Shown here: positions 1 to 13,245 of the stretch, one piece after another
Position numbering within the stretch: the stretch's first letter is position 1
Layout of the letters: every line of letters begins with the position of its first letter
From: the human T2T-CHM13v2.0 reference genome, Homo sapiens
Length of the DNA stretch: 64,000 bases
Reading direction: 5' to 3' (one strand)
Assembly (NCBI RefSeq): GCF_009914755.1
Contig: NC_060939.1
The notes under the pieces: model-generated
Seen by the model: only the letters and a program-made list of their open reading frames with translations
Told to the model about the DNA's origin: nothing
The model's database searches: none
Made by a program: the position numbers and the translations under genes

Positions 1-3000
1 TGATGAGTTTTTTTTCATATGTTTGTTGGCTGCATAAATGTCTTCTTTTGAGAAGTGTCTGTTCATATCCTTGGCCCACTTTTTGATGGGGTTTTTTTTT
101 CATGTAAATTTGTTTAAGTTCTTTGTAGATTCTGGATCTTAGCCCTTTGTCACATGGATAGATTACAAAAGTTTTCTCCCACTCTGTAGGTTGCCTGATC
201 AGTCTGATGATAGTTTCTTTGGCTGTGCAGGAGCTCTTTAGTTTAATTAGATCCCATTTGTCAATTTTGGCTTTTGTTGCCATTGCTTTTGGTGTTTTAG
301 TCATGAAGTCCTTGCCCATGCCTATGTCCTGAATGGTATTGCCTAGGTTTTCTTCCAGGGTTTTTATGGTTTTAGGTCTTATGTTTAAGTCTTTAATCCA
401 TCTTGAGTTAATTTTTGTATAAGATGTGAGGAAGGGGTCCAGTTTCAGTTTTCTGCATATGGCTAGCCAGTTTTCCCAACACCATTTATTAAATAGGGAG
501 TCCTTTCCCCATTTCTTGTTTCTGTCAGGTTTGTCAAAGATCCGATGGTTGTAGATGTGTGGTGTTATTTCTGAGGGCTCTGTTCTGTTCCATTGGTCTA
601 CATCTCTGTTTTGGTACCAGTATCATGCTGTTTTGGTTACCGTAGCCTTGTAGTATAGTTTGAAGTCAAGTAGCATGATGCCTCCAGCTTTGTTCTTTTT
701 GCTTAGGATTGTCTTGGCTATGCGGGCTCTTTTTTGGTTCCATATGAAATTTAAAGTAGTTTTTTTCCAATTCTGTGAAGAAAGTCAATGGTAGCTTGAT
801 GGAGATAGCATTGAATCTATAAATTACTTTGGGCAGTATGGCCATTTTCATAATATTGATTCTTCCTATCCATGAGCATGGAATGTTTTACCATTTGTTT
901 GTGTCCTCTCTTATTTCCTTGAGCAGTGATTTGTAGTTCTACTTGAAGAAGTACTTCACATCCCTTGTGAGTTGGATTCCTAAGTATTTTATTCTCTTTG
1001 TGGCAGTTGTGAATGGGAGTTTACTCATGATTTGGCTCTCTGTTTGTCTATTATTGGTGTATAGGAAAGCTTGTGATTTTTCCATATTGATTTTGTATCC
1101 TGAGACTTGCTGAAGTTGCTTAAGGAGATTTTGGGCTGAGACGATGGGGTTTTCTAAATATACAATCATGTCATCTGCAAACAGAGACAATTTGACTTCC
1201 TTTCTTCCTATTTGAATACCCTTTATTTCTTTCTCTTGCCTGATTGCCCTGGCCAGAACTTCCAATACTATGTTGAATGGGAGTGGTGAGAGAGGGCATC
1301 CTTGTCTTGTGCCAGTTTTCAAAGGGAATGCTTCCAGTTTTGCCCATTCAGTATGATATTGGCTATGAGTTTGTCATAAACAGCTCTTATTATTTTGAGA
1401 TACGTTCCATCAATACCTAGTTTAAAGAGATTTTTAAGGGGTGCTGAATTTTATCAAAGGACTTTTCTGCATCTATTGAGATAATCATGTGGTTTTTTTC
1501 ATTGGTTCTGTTTATGTGATGGATTATGTTTATTAATTTGCATATGTTGAACTAGCCTTGCATCCCAGAGATGAAGCCAAATTGATCGTGGTGGATAAGC
1601 TTTTTGACGTGCTGCTGGATTTGGTTTACCACTATTTTATTGAGGATTTTTATATCAATGTTCATCAGGGATATTGGTTTGAAATTTTTTGCTGTTGTTT
1701 TGTCTCTGCCAGGTGTTGGTATCAGGATGATGCTGGCCTCATAAAATGAGTTAAGGAGGATTCCCTCTTTTTCTATTGTTTGGAATAGTTTCAGAAGGAA
1801 TGGTACCAGCTCCTCCTTGTACCTCTGGTAGAATTCAGCTGTGAATCCGTCTGGTCCTGGACTTTTTTTGGTTGGTAGATGATTAATTACTGCCTCAATT
1901 TCAGAACTTGTTATTGGTCTATTCATGGATTTGACTTCTTCCTGGTTTAGACTTGGGAGGGTGTATGTATCCAGGAATTTATCCATTTCTTCTAGATTTT
2001 CTAGTTTCTTTGCATAGAGGTGTTTAGAGTATTCTCTGATGGTAGTTTGTATTTCTGTGGGATCAGTGGTGATATCCCCTTTATCATTTTTATTGCATCT
2101 ATTTGATTCTTCTCTCTTTTCTTCTTTATTAGTCTGGCTAATGGTCCATCAATTTTGTTGATCTTTTCAAAAAACCAGCTCCTGGATTCACTGATTTTTT
2201 GAAGGGTTTTTTGTGTCTCTATCTCCTTCAGTTCTGCTAGTTCTCTCCATTGTGATGTTAAGGTGTCAATTTTAGATCTTTCCTCCTTTTTTAGTGCTAT
2301 AAATTTCCCTCTAAACATGGTTTCAGCTGTGTCCCAGAGATTCTGGTACATTGTGTCTTTGTTCTCATTGGTTTCAAAGAACTTATTTATTTCTGCCTTC
2401 ATTTTGTTATTTACCCAGTAGTCATTCAGTAGCAGGTTGTTCAGTTTCCATGTAGTTGTGCGGTTTTGAGTGAGTTTCTTAATCCTGAGTTCTAATTTGA
2501 TTGCACTGTGATCTGAGAGACTGTTTGTTATGATTTCCGTTCTTTTCCATTTGCTGAGAAGTGTTTTACTTCCAATTATGTGGTCAATTTTAGAATAAGT
2601 GTGATGAGGTGCTGAGAAGAATGTGTATTCTATCAATTTGGGGTGGAGAGTTCTGTAGATGTCTATTAGGTCTGCTTGGTCCAGAGCTGAGTTCAAATCC
2701 TGAATATCCTTGTTAATTTTCTGTCTCATTGACCTGTCTAATGTTGACAGTGGGGTGTTAAAGTCTCCCACTATTATTGTGTGGGAGTCTAAGTCTCTTT
2801 GTAGGTCTCCAAGAACTTGCTTTATGAGTCTGTGTGCTCCTGTATTGGGTGCATATATATTTAGGATAGGCAGCTCTTCTTGTTGCATTGATCTCTTTAC
2901 CATTATGTAATGCCCTTCTGTGTCTCTTTTTATCTTTACTGGTTTAAAGTCTGTTTTATCAGAGACTAGGATGGCAACCTCTGCTTTTTTTGCTTTCCAT

Positions 3001-3196
3001 TTGCTTGGTGAATATTCCTCCACCCCTTTATTTTGAGCCTATGTGTATCTTTGCAAGTGAGGTGGGTCTCCTGAATACAGCACACCAATGGGTCTTGACT
3101 ATTTATCCCATTTGCCAGTCTGTATCTTTCAATTGGGGCATTTAGCCCATTTACATTTAAGGTTAATATTGTTATGTGTGAATTTGATCCTGTCAT
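1..3196 (-). pseudogene. L1 ORF2 remnant (endonuclease/reverse transcriptase), frameshifted
   Basis: Five separate ORF pieces (2966-3196, 2001-3023, 1552-1986, 939-1322, 666-851) each match consecutive ORF2p segments. Confidence 0.93.
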
Positions 3197-3259
3197 TATG
3201 ATGTTAGCTGGTTATTTTGCCCGTTAGTTGATGCAGTTTCTTCATAGCGTTGATGGTCT

Positions 3260-4284
3260 TTATAATTTGGCATGTTTTTGCAGTGGCTGGTACTGGTTGT
3301 TCCTTTCCATGTTTAGTGCTTCCTTCAGGTGCTCTTGTAAGGCAGGCCTGGTGGTGACAAAACCTCTCAGCATTTGCTTGTCTGTAAAGGATTTTATTTC
3401 TCCTTCACTTATGAAGCTTAGTTTGGCTGGATATGAAATTCTGAGTTCAAAATTCTTTTCTTTAAGAATGTTGAATATTGGCCCTCATTCTCTTCTGGCT
3501 TGTAGGGTTTCTGCAGAGAGATCTGCTGTTAGTCTGATGGGCTTCCCTTTGTGGGTAACGTGACCTTTCTCTCTGGCTGCCCTTAACATTTTTTCCTTCA
3601 TTTCAACCTTGGTGAACCTGACGATTATGTGTCTTGGGGTTGCTCTTCTCAATGAATATCTTTGTGGTGTTCTCTGTATTTCCTGAATTTGAATGTTGGC
3701 CTGCCTTGCTAGGCTAGGGAAGTTCTCCTGGATCATACCCTGCAGAGTGTTTTCCAACTTGGTTCCATTCTCCCCATCACTTTCAGATACACTAATCAAA
3801 CACAGGTTTGGTCTTTTCACATAGTCCCATATTTCTTGGAGGCTTCATTCATTCCTTTTCATTCTTTTTCTCTAATCTTGTCTTCACACTTTATTTCATT
3901 AATTTGATCTTCAATCTCTGATTTCCTTTTTTCCGCTTGATTGATTTGGCTATTGATACTTGTATATGCTTCACAAAGTTCTCGTGCTGTGTTTTTCAGC
4001 TCCATCAGGTCATTTATGTTCTTCTCTAAAGTGGTTATTCTAGTTAGCAATTCATCTATCATTTTTTCAAGGTTCTTAGCTTCCTTGCCTTGGGTTAGAA
4101 CATGCTCCTTTAGCTCAGAGGAGTTTGTTATTACCCACCTTCTGAAGCCTACTTCTGTCAATTTGTCAAACTCATTCTCTGTACAGTTTTGTTCCCTTGC
4201 TGGTGAGGAGTTGTGATCCTTTGGAGGAGAAGAGGCATTCTGGTTTTTGGAATTTTCAGCCTTTTTACGCTGGTTTCACCCCAT
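3260..4284 (-). pseudogene. L1 ORF1 remnant (RNA-binding protein), inactivated
   Basis: ATG at 4284 reads ATG GGG TGA (immediate stop). Homology is split between ORFs 3859-4161 and 3485-3820. Confidence 0.88.
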
Positions 4285-5269
4285 CTTCATGGATTTATCT
4301 CCCTTTGGTGTTTGATGTTGGTGACCCTCAGATGGGGTTTCTGAGTGGACATTCTTTTTGTTGATGTTGATACTATTCCTTCCTGTTTGTTAGTTTTCCT
4401 TCTAACAGTCAGGCCCCTCTGCTGCAGGTCTGCTGGAGTTTGCAGGAGTTCCACTCCAGACCCTGTTTGCCTGGGTATCACCAGTGGAGGCTACAGAGCA
4501 GCAAAGATTGCTGCCTGTTCCTTCCTCTGGAAGCTTCATCCCAGAGGGGCACCCACCAGATGCCAGCCAGAGCTTTCCTGTATGAGGTGTCTGTTGGCCC
4601 CTGCTGGGAAGTGTCTCCCAGTCTGGAGACATGGGGGTCAGGGACACACTTGAGGAGGCAGTCTGATCATTGGCAGAGCTCAAACATTGTGCTGGGAGAT
4701 CTAGCACTCTCTTCAGAGTCAAGTATTGTTTGTTTTTAAGATAATATATAGATTAGTAATGCATATCTTGCAACCCTTTTAAAGATTTCAATAGATGATA
4801 TAGGATCTTTACTTCTTTATTTCAGTTCAATCCAACTCGGGTGACAATTACTGATGCCTCTCAGGCCCAGGGGCTTGCTGGCCCATACAGAGGGCTTGTG
4901 GCTTTGCAGACTCTGAAACTTGATTCTTTCTGATTTAATCTTTCTACTTCCTTCAATCCAAGGGTCACTTCCTCTTATCAGTTGCACAAGAGACACCATC
5001 CCACTTGCGTGTCCTGGCAACAGCTTGCCAAGGTGCTCTAAGTCCAAAGAAGAATGCCAATTCTGCTTTCCCTTAAATAAATCTCTCTGGGAAATCTTCC
5101 TTTTTAAATAAGTCTCCTGAGTGAATTTGAGGCAGGCTAAGTTAGACAACAGCAATTCAATTCATTTTAACTGGTTTGAGTTCCCTCAACCCCATCCACA
5201 AAAGAAAATCTTCCTTTAGAAAATTGTCATCTTTAACTAAAATGACAATATGAATATCCACATAGAGTG

Positions 5270-5830
5270 TATCCACGCCCAACCACTTTTCAGCACCTCT
5301 ACTGACCACTGTCATCCCTTGTCACAGACACTGAAATCGCCTCCTAATCAGTTCCCTTGCTTCCATTTCCCTGGAATCAATCTCCACATAGTAGCTGGAG
5401 TGATCTTTTAGAAAGATAAATTCTGTCATCTCACTTTCCTGCTCAGAACTTTCTATTTACTATACATCACCCTCAGAATAAAATCCAAATGTCTTACTGT
5501 GGCCTGGAAGGCCCTCCATGAACAGGCCTCGGACCGCCGTATCATTGCCTCCCCTAGCACCTTCCACCTTCACGCAAAGCTCAGATCCTTGAGCAAGCTA
5601 TTTCCTCAGCCCGTCCCCAAGATCTGCAGGGCTGACTCCTTCCTCCTCTGCTCAAATGTCACTGCCTCAAAGAAGCTTTTCCTTTGCCTCACCACCTACC
5701 ATCAGTCCTGCCAGTGGTGGCTGGGGGCCAGGGGCCAGGAGTCAGGGAGGGTTATTAGAGACAGATTTTGTAGATCCTTTTACAATCACAAAGCAGGAGC
5801 ATAGTATGTGTTTGTTGAATGAATAAATGG
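5270..5830 (+). mobile_element. L2 LINE 3' fragment
   Basis: Typical L2 phrases (gtgatcttttagaaa, ctcaaatgtcactgcctca) ending in an L2 tail, tgttgaatgaataaatg. Confidence 0.65.
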
Positions 5831-6199
5831 ATAAACTTAAGCTAAATCTAAGTATAAAGTGGGAAAATATTAATATGTGTAGGTGCAAACTGTGACCCCC
5901 TCTTTATTATTATAACTATGCAATGGCTTTTTAACTAAGCTTTCCATACACATTCAACTTTAACACAACTACCCTTGTCTTGCCTCTTAGGAGTGATTTT
6001 CCATAGGGACTTGAGGGAGATGGACCCTTCCAAAACAGGCATTTCAGAATTTTCAAGCACCAAGGGATATATAAAGTTGAAGCTGCACACTCAATATATG
6101 TCATTATAATATTTTAATTAATTAATAGTGACTTTAATATGAATAAAGACTTAAAGCAGATTTCAACACAATCTTCTGGTACTGTCTATCCCTAGGGCA

Positions 6200-7005
<806 letters not shown>

Positions 7006-7622
7006 CAGATGACTACACTTTATGAGGGTGATGTTGCTGTTCTAGTCTCTTTCTAATGACAAACGGATCTTAAGTTGCTCAGGTGACTACATTTCAGTCC
7101 TTTTCTCTCATTGTCTCCATACTGTCTTCTCTTTTCATTCCCCTCCTGTCCCGAGCTGTTCTCAGCAATAACTTCACTAATGTTTACCCATGCCTGTGCA
7201 AAAGCCAGCACTCCCAGAAAGTCCTAGCATTCTCCAACTCTCTACAAAAAGGGTCTTGGCTTTTGTTTTCTTTCAGAATATTTATATTTTAAGCATGGAG
7301 AGCTTTAAAAAAGAATCAGCTACTAAATTTTCTTTAAAATGACTATCCCACACCTGTCACCCTGTTTATTCTCTTTTTTTTCATAATTACACATTTGTTT
7401 TATTCCACATTATACATACAACAGTCTCAGAACAATAATGCCAATACCACCACCGCTCATGTAATTACTGAAAACAGCTAAATCATTTTTGTATATACTT
7501 TCTTCATCTTCCCCACTTTTAAAAAATAGATGTATAGCACAATTGCACTGTATCAACAATGTTAATGCATATATAATCCTTGCATACAATATGCTTTTAT
7601 AATTCTCATCTAATCTTAGTTC

Positions 7623-8920
7623 TTTTTTTTTTTATTGATCATTCTTGGGTGTTTCTCACATAGGGGGATTTGGCAGGGTCATAGGACAATAGTGGAGGGA
7701 AGGTCAACAGATAAACAAGTGAACAAAGGTCTCTGGTTTTCCTAGGCAGTGGACCCTGCGGCCTACCGCAGTGTTTGTGTCCCTGGGTACTTGAGATTAG
7801 GGAGTGGTGATGACTCTTAACGAGCATGCTGCCTTCAAGCATCTGTTTAACAAAGCACATCTTGCACCACCCTTAATCCATTTAACCCTGAGTGGACACA
7901 GCACATGTTTCAGAGACCACTGGGTTGGGGGTAAGGTCACAGATCAACAGCATCCCAAGGCAGAAGAACCTTTCCCAGTACAGAACAAAATGGAGTCTCC
8001 CATGTCCACTTCCCTCTACACAGACACAGCAACAATCTGATTTCTCCATCCTTTCCCCACATTTCCCCCCTCTCCATTTGACAGAACCGCCATCATCATC
8101 ATGGCCCGCTCTCAATGAGCCACTGGGCACACCTCCCAGACAGGGCGGCAGCTGGGCAGAGGGGCTCCTCACCTTCCAGAAGGGGCGGCCGGGCAGAGGC
8201 GCCCCCCCACCTCCCTCCCGGACGGGGCGGCTGGCCGGGTGGGGGCTGCCCCCTACCTCCCTCCCGGGCGGGGTGGCTGGCCGGGCGGGGGCTGCCCCCC
8301 ACCTCCCAGATGGGGTGGCTGCCGGGCGGAGGGGCTCCTCACTTCTCAGACGGGGCGGCTGCTGGGCGGAGGGGCTCCTCACTTCTCAGACGGGGCAGCT
8401 GCCGGGCGGACGGGCTCCTCACTTCTCAGACAGGGCGGCCGGGCAGAGACGCTCCTCACCTCCCAGACGGGGTCGCGGCCGGGCAGAGGCGCTCCTCACA
8501 TCCCAGACGGGGCGGCGGGGCAGAGGCGCTCCCCACATCTCAGACGATGGGCAGCCGGGCAGAGATGCTCCTCACTTCCTAGACAGGATGGCAGCTGGGA
8601 AGAGGCGCTCCTCACTTCCCAGACTGGGCAGCCGGGCAGAGGGGCTCCTCACATCCCAGACAATGGGCGGCCAGGCAGAGATGCTCCTCACTTCCCAGAT
8701 GGGGTGGCGGCTGGGCAGAGGCTGCAATCTCGGCACTTTGGGAGGCCAAGGCAGGTGGCTGGGAGGTGGAGGTTGTAGCTAGCCGAGATCACGCCACTGC
8801 ACTCCAGCCTGGGCAACATTGAGCACTGAGTGAACAAGACTCCGTCTGCAATCCCGGCACCTCGGGAGGCCGAGGCTGGCAGATCACTCGTGGTTAGGAG
8901 CTGGAGACCAGCCCGGCAAA
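7623..8920 (-). mobile_element. SVA retrotransposon (older SVA_A/B-like), 5'-truncated
   Basis: Poly-T followed by SINE-R (attgatcattcttgggtgtttctc, ~7636-8115), GC-rich VNTR (~8115-8710) and partial Alu-like domain (~8710-8920). No CCCTCT hexamer head. Confidence 0.95.
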
Positions 8921-9239
8921 TATCAGCAACTGGGAAGCCCATAAATAGCAGCAGAGGACAAATAGGATGACTCAGTAAGCCCTCTGAGTCAGACTGGCAG
9001 AGACTGGCCTTCCTTCATAATTATGGGGCATTAAACCCGTCATCTGTGAAGTCACCTCCAAGTCTCATCTCACCAATATCATGCATCTAGTTTCCTTTGA
9101 AGATGTGCAATCTTCCTCCTTGTAGCTACTAAGAAATTAAAGTGCTTGGGCTGAGAGGGCTCCTGTAAGCTAATAGTCTATGTCTTCAGCAATTAACCCC
9201 TTTCTGAGATTGGCTGGTGTTCATGCTTTTAGCTGGTCC

Positions 9240-9365
9240 TAGTCCTGGCTTGGGTACCCTTGAGCGTGAGTCCTCAGATAAGTCACTTCATCTCACTGAA
9301 CTTCTTTCATCTAAGATGAGATAATAAAACTTGCCTAGCTACAGAGTTGTCATGAAGATTAAAGT
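9240..9365 (+). mobile_element. MIR
   Basis: MIR core: ataagtcacttcatctcactga...gttgtcatgaagattaaa. Confidence 0.65.
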
Positions 9366-9374
9366 CAATTTGGC

Positions 9375-9760
9375 CAACTACATGACATTTGGAAAAGGCA
9401 AACTATACAGACAGGAAATAGACCAATGATTGCCAGGGACTCGAGGATGAACAGGTGGAACACATCATATTTTTAGGGCAGTGAAACTATTCTCTATGAT
9501 ATTCTAATGGTGGATACATGACATTTTACGTCTTTCAAGGCCCACAGACTGCACAACACAAAGATGAGCCCTGATGTAAACTGTGGACTTCATTTAATAA
9601 TAATGTATCCATACTGATTGATGAATTGTAACAAATATACCTCAGTAATGCCAGATATTAATAGTAAAAGAAACTTCAGGGAGAAGAAAATGTAGGTAAG
9701 TGGGAATCCTCTTCACTTTCAGGCCAATTTTTATGTAAACCTAAAACCGTTCTAAAAATA
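9375..9760 (+). mobile_element. L1MC-type 3' end fragment
   Basis: ggaaaaggcaaactata...ttttagggcagtgaaactattct...taaacctaaaaccgttctaaaaata; related to the fragment at ~62980-63455. Confidence 0.75.
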
Positions 9761-11024
9761 ATTTTTTGTGACATTACCAGGCCAAAATGAATTAATTTAA
9801 TTTAAAAAGTAAAATACAAATAATTTTTTAAATCAGTTTGGATAAGATATGTGAAAGTATTTGACAAACTCTAAAGAGCTAAATAAACATAAGGCATAAC
9901 ACCCAAATGATCTTAAAGAACTTAATTGTGAAAGTTCTTTTGGGGATCTGACAAGTAGAGCCCCAGGTGATGTCTTAATTACCTGTCTCCATGCCTTAGA
10001 AGTTGGTTGAGATAGAAGGGTGGGTAGGACTTCTATGACCAGTTTGCCTTCACTGCTGACTGAAAAGATTTCTACCAAATCCAAATCATGGTACAAATAT
10101 TCTACCCTTCACACAACTACTACCTCTTTGAAATTGCTCAGGAAAGTTTAATACACATACACACTACCTTTCAGCATGTTTCCTTTTGATTCTCTGTGGC
10201 TCTCACCCTGTCCAATATTTAGCAGTCATGTTTGATTAAGGTCACATTTTTCAGAGGTGAAAAAGCGATGAGAAGATTTCAGGATTAAGTTCAGGATTAA
10301 GTTCAGTTAGGTTAGGAAGGAAAATCTTTCCTCCTTGTAAGCCAGAGAATGCCTGACATAGACAAAGCTTCTTACAGTGTTTCGTTGTTGGGACTGGGGG
10401 TTGAAAGGGTGGCTCTTGCTGGAGCCTGGAAAACATTATCTCTGATGCCCACTATATCTGTGTCAGTTAGGGAGGATAAATTGTGGGGCAAGAAAGAGGA
10501 CCAGTGGGGTCAAAAATTAGCATAGATCATGCAGAAATGACAGACAGGGATTCAAACTCAAGAGAGAGGAAGCTGTTGTTCAGGCCTTGCCAAGTGAGAT
10601 TAGCTAGCTAATTTCAGCCAGCTTATTCTGGGATAGTGGTGGTCAATTGCATTTCCTCTCCTGGATAATGCATGTACTTTTGACAAGAACCTTCAAAGCT
10701 TTTGAAAAAGACCTTCAGTGTTCATCACACAATGATCACTGGAACTCTGTTCTAGGAGCTATTAATAGACTTGCCATGAAAAAAGAAGTTCTATGGTCAA
10801 ATAACTAGGAAATGCTTAACATGATGGAGCCCTTTGTGAACAATTATGACACACATTCGTACGTTGCAGGCTCTGGGCACCCTGCAGCTAAGAAAACTAT
10901 TTAGTTTTGTTTAACTCCAACATGTCCCAGGTTTATGTGCACTTTGAGCACATTTTACTGTATGCTTACTAACATTTCCTAGAATATCAGCATAGGAAAA
11001 AATTGGTTTTAAAAAAGGAAGCAG

Positions 11025-11396
<372 letters not shown>

Positions 11397-11751
11397 TCAT
11401 ATCAGCAGTTTCCCCACTCATCCAGAGGTGAGTATGGTGTACTCTCCATGTAGTGACAATAAATATATTTATTAAATAAATAAATCCTGTGTCCATGATT
11501 TCTCCACAACTCCATGTTAGATCCTGTTATCATCCATTAGGTATTAAAGTGCTCTCAGCCAAGGAGCACTCGGGGGTTAGCTCTAGATTCTGAGGTAATA
11601 CTACCAGAAACTAGAAAACGAGGAGAAACAGGTGTCTGAAAAGAGAATCAGAATCTGATGCGAGGAACTGAAGAAAAGCAAGCTGCAAAACTGACATCTC
11701 TTGCACTGCCTCCACTCACTATCTGACTATGTAGACAGAAACATCTAGGTT

Positions 11752-11789
11752 TTAGGTTGGTGCAAAAGTAATTGCGGTTTTTGCCATTA
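11752..11789 (+). mobile_element. Half MADE1 (Hsmar1/mariner TIR)
   Basis: ttaggttggtgcaaaagtaattgcggtttttgccatta is the MADE1 terminal inverted repeat. Confidence 0.9.
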
Positions 11790-12604
11790 AAAGTGTATTT
11801 AAGAATTAACATCCCTAATGAAAGGTACTAGAAGTTTAAGCCACTCTAAATACTAATAAGATACATAGTGTTTGCACATAGAAGGATGGAAAAACAGGCA
11901 ATGAGAAAGACTTCTTTGCTGCACGTAACTGTCAATGAATGTGGAAGCTTAGTTGTTCGGAATCTAATAGTTGAGACCAGTTTTCAAAACCACTCCCAAT
12001 TTCAGGGCGCAGAATGTCTTAGTAACACCTACAAGTTTCATCTAACGAATATGACTAAAGCCAGAAAGCAGCCCTGAGGTTTTTCCACAGAGAGTCCGCC
12101 CTGCCTGGGTCATACATGCCCCTATGCAAAGTGGGCCCAGCACTGTCCCCTCCTGGTGCTCGCGCTGCGGGGGAGCAGAGCCAGGGTGGAAACCTGCTAT
12201 GGGCAGAATGAGGCTGTGCTGGGCTGGAATGAGCCACTCCTTTAGAGAATCTAAATGAGGATAAAGAATTTCTGAACCAGCTAGGGGCCAAAACCCATCC
12301 AAGAATAGAAGTGGAAGGGACTCAAGCTTTTTAAGTTTCTTCCACAGCAATCCAGATTCCAACATTGTTTCTAAGGAGGCTTTTGTTTCCCTGGAGAACT
12401 CTAGTTTCAAAGTGGACTTTCTTGCACAAAGAGCGCTTCAATAAAATTGGTTGCGTGAGTGAGTGTTAAGTGTGAATTCAAAGAAGAATATTAGGCTGGG
12501 TCTCAGGCATATGTTACTATTACACTATGTATCTTATTAGTATTCAGAGTGGCTTAAACTTCAAGTACCTTTCATTTGGGATGTTAATTCTAAAACATAC
12601 TTTT

Positions 12605-12640
12605 ATGGCAAAAACTGCAATTACTTTTGCACCAACCTAA
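12605..12640 (-). mobile_element. Half MADE1 (Hsmar1/mariner TIR)
   Basis: atggcaaaaactgcaattacttttgcaccaacctaa followed by TA. Confidence 0.9.
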
Positions 12641-12927
12641 TACCTAGTTTCTGTCTACATCTCAGAAGCCAGAGGTGCCTCATGAGAACACTGAGGTACC
12701 CAGACAAGGACCACATCCAGACAGGAAGAGCACACAGCACAGTGGCTGTGAGCATGGGTTTTCCATGAGATAGACCTCAGTTAGAATCTCAGCCTCAACA
12801 CTTACTAGCCATGCAATCAGGGGAAATCTTGCTGTATGATCCTGCTGAGCCTTGGTTTCCTTAACTGTAGAGAGACTAAGAATCTCTAACTTACTTGGGG
12901 ATTCAATGCAATAATATGTATCACAGA

Positions 12928-13046
12928 CCAGGCACAGTGGCTCACGCCTGTAATCCCAGCACTTTGGGAGGCTGAGGTGAGTGGACCGCTTGAGTCCAGG
13001 AGTTTGACCACCCTAGCAACATGGTGAAACCCCATCTCTACCAAAA

Positions 13047-13095
<49 letters not shown>

Positions 13096-13245
13096 AGCCA
13101 GGCATGGTGGCACTTGCCTGTAGTCCCAGCTACTCAGGGGGCTGAGGTGGGAGGATCACCTGAACTTTGAAATTTGAGGCTGCTGTGAGCCAAGATGGCA
13201 CCACTACACTCCAGTCTGGGAGACAGGAGTGAGAGCCTGTCTCAA
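12928..13245 (+). mobile_element. Alu (AluJ-like) with a (CA)n microsatellite in the linker (~13048-13093), inserted in a MIR
   Basis: Alu left and right arms separated by a run of about 22 CA repeats; MIR-like sequence at ~12740-12925. Confidence 0.9.

Larger units (their letters stand above)
1..4720 (-). mobile_element. LINE-1 (L1PA7/L1PA8-like), 5'UTR truncated, ORF1/ORF2 disrupted; 3' part continues beyond window start
   Basis: Minus-strand ORFs match L1 ORF2 endonuclease (MTGSNSHITILTLNVNGLN, 3196), RT ([25 protein letters not shown]) and ORF1 (ENGTKLENTLQ, RLTADLSAETLQARRE). 5'UTR homology runs to ~4720 and then stops. Confidence 0.97.
11729..12660. repeat. Long inverted repeat, arms 11729-11871 and 12522-12660, 650-bp spacer
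   Basis: The reverse complement of the right arm aligns end to end with the left arm (atgtagacagaaac...aagatacatagtgt), about 90% by eye. Confidence 0.95.

Noticed and set aside
4345-4739. Antisense ORFs in the L1 5'UTR as possible ORF0
   Set aside because: ORF0 lies in the more 5' part of the UTR that is missing here, and these peptides do not resemble it.
7882-8782. Overlapping 155-296 aa ORFs
   Set aside because: They translate the GC-rich SVA VNTR and SINE-R.
12143-12172. Possible CTCF site in the inverted-repeat spacer (tcccctcctggtgc)
   Set aside because: It mismatches two strongly conserved motif positions; too weak to call.
11752-12640. miR-548-type MADE1 hairpin miRNA
   Set aside because: Only half a MADE1 is present at each site and they are more than 800 bp apart, so no compact pre-miRNA hairpin forms.
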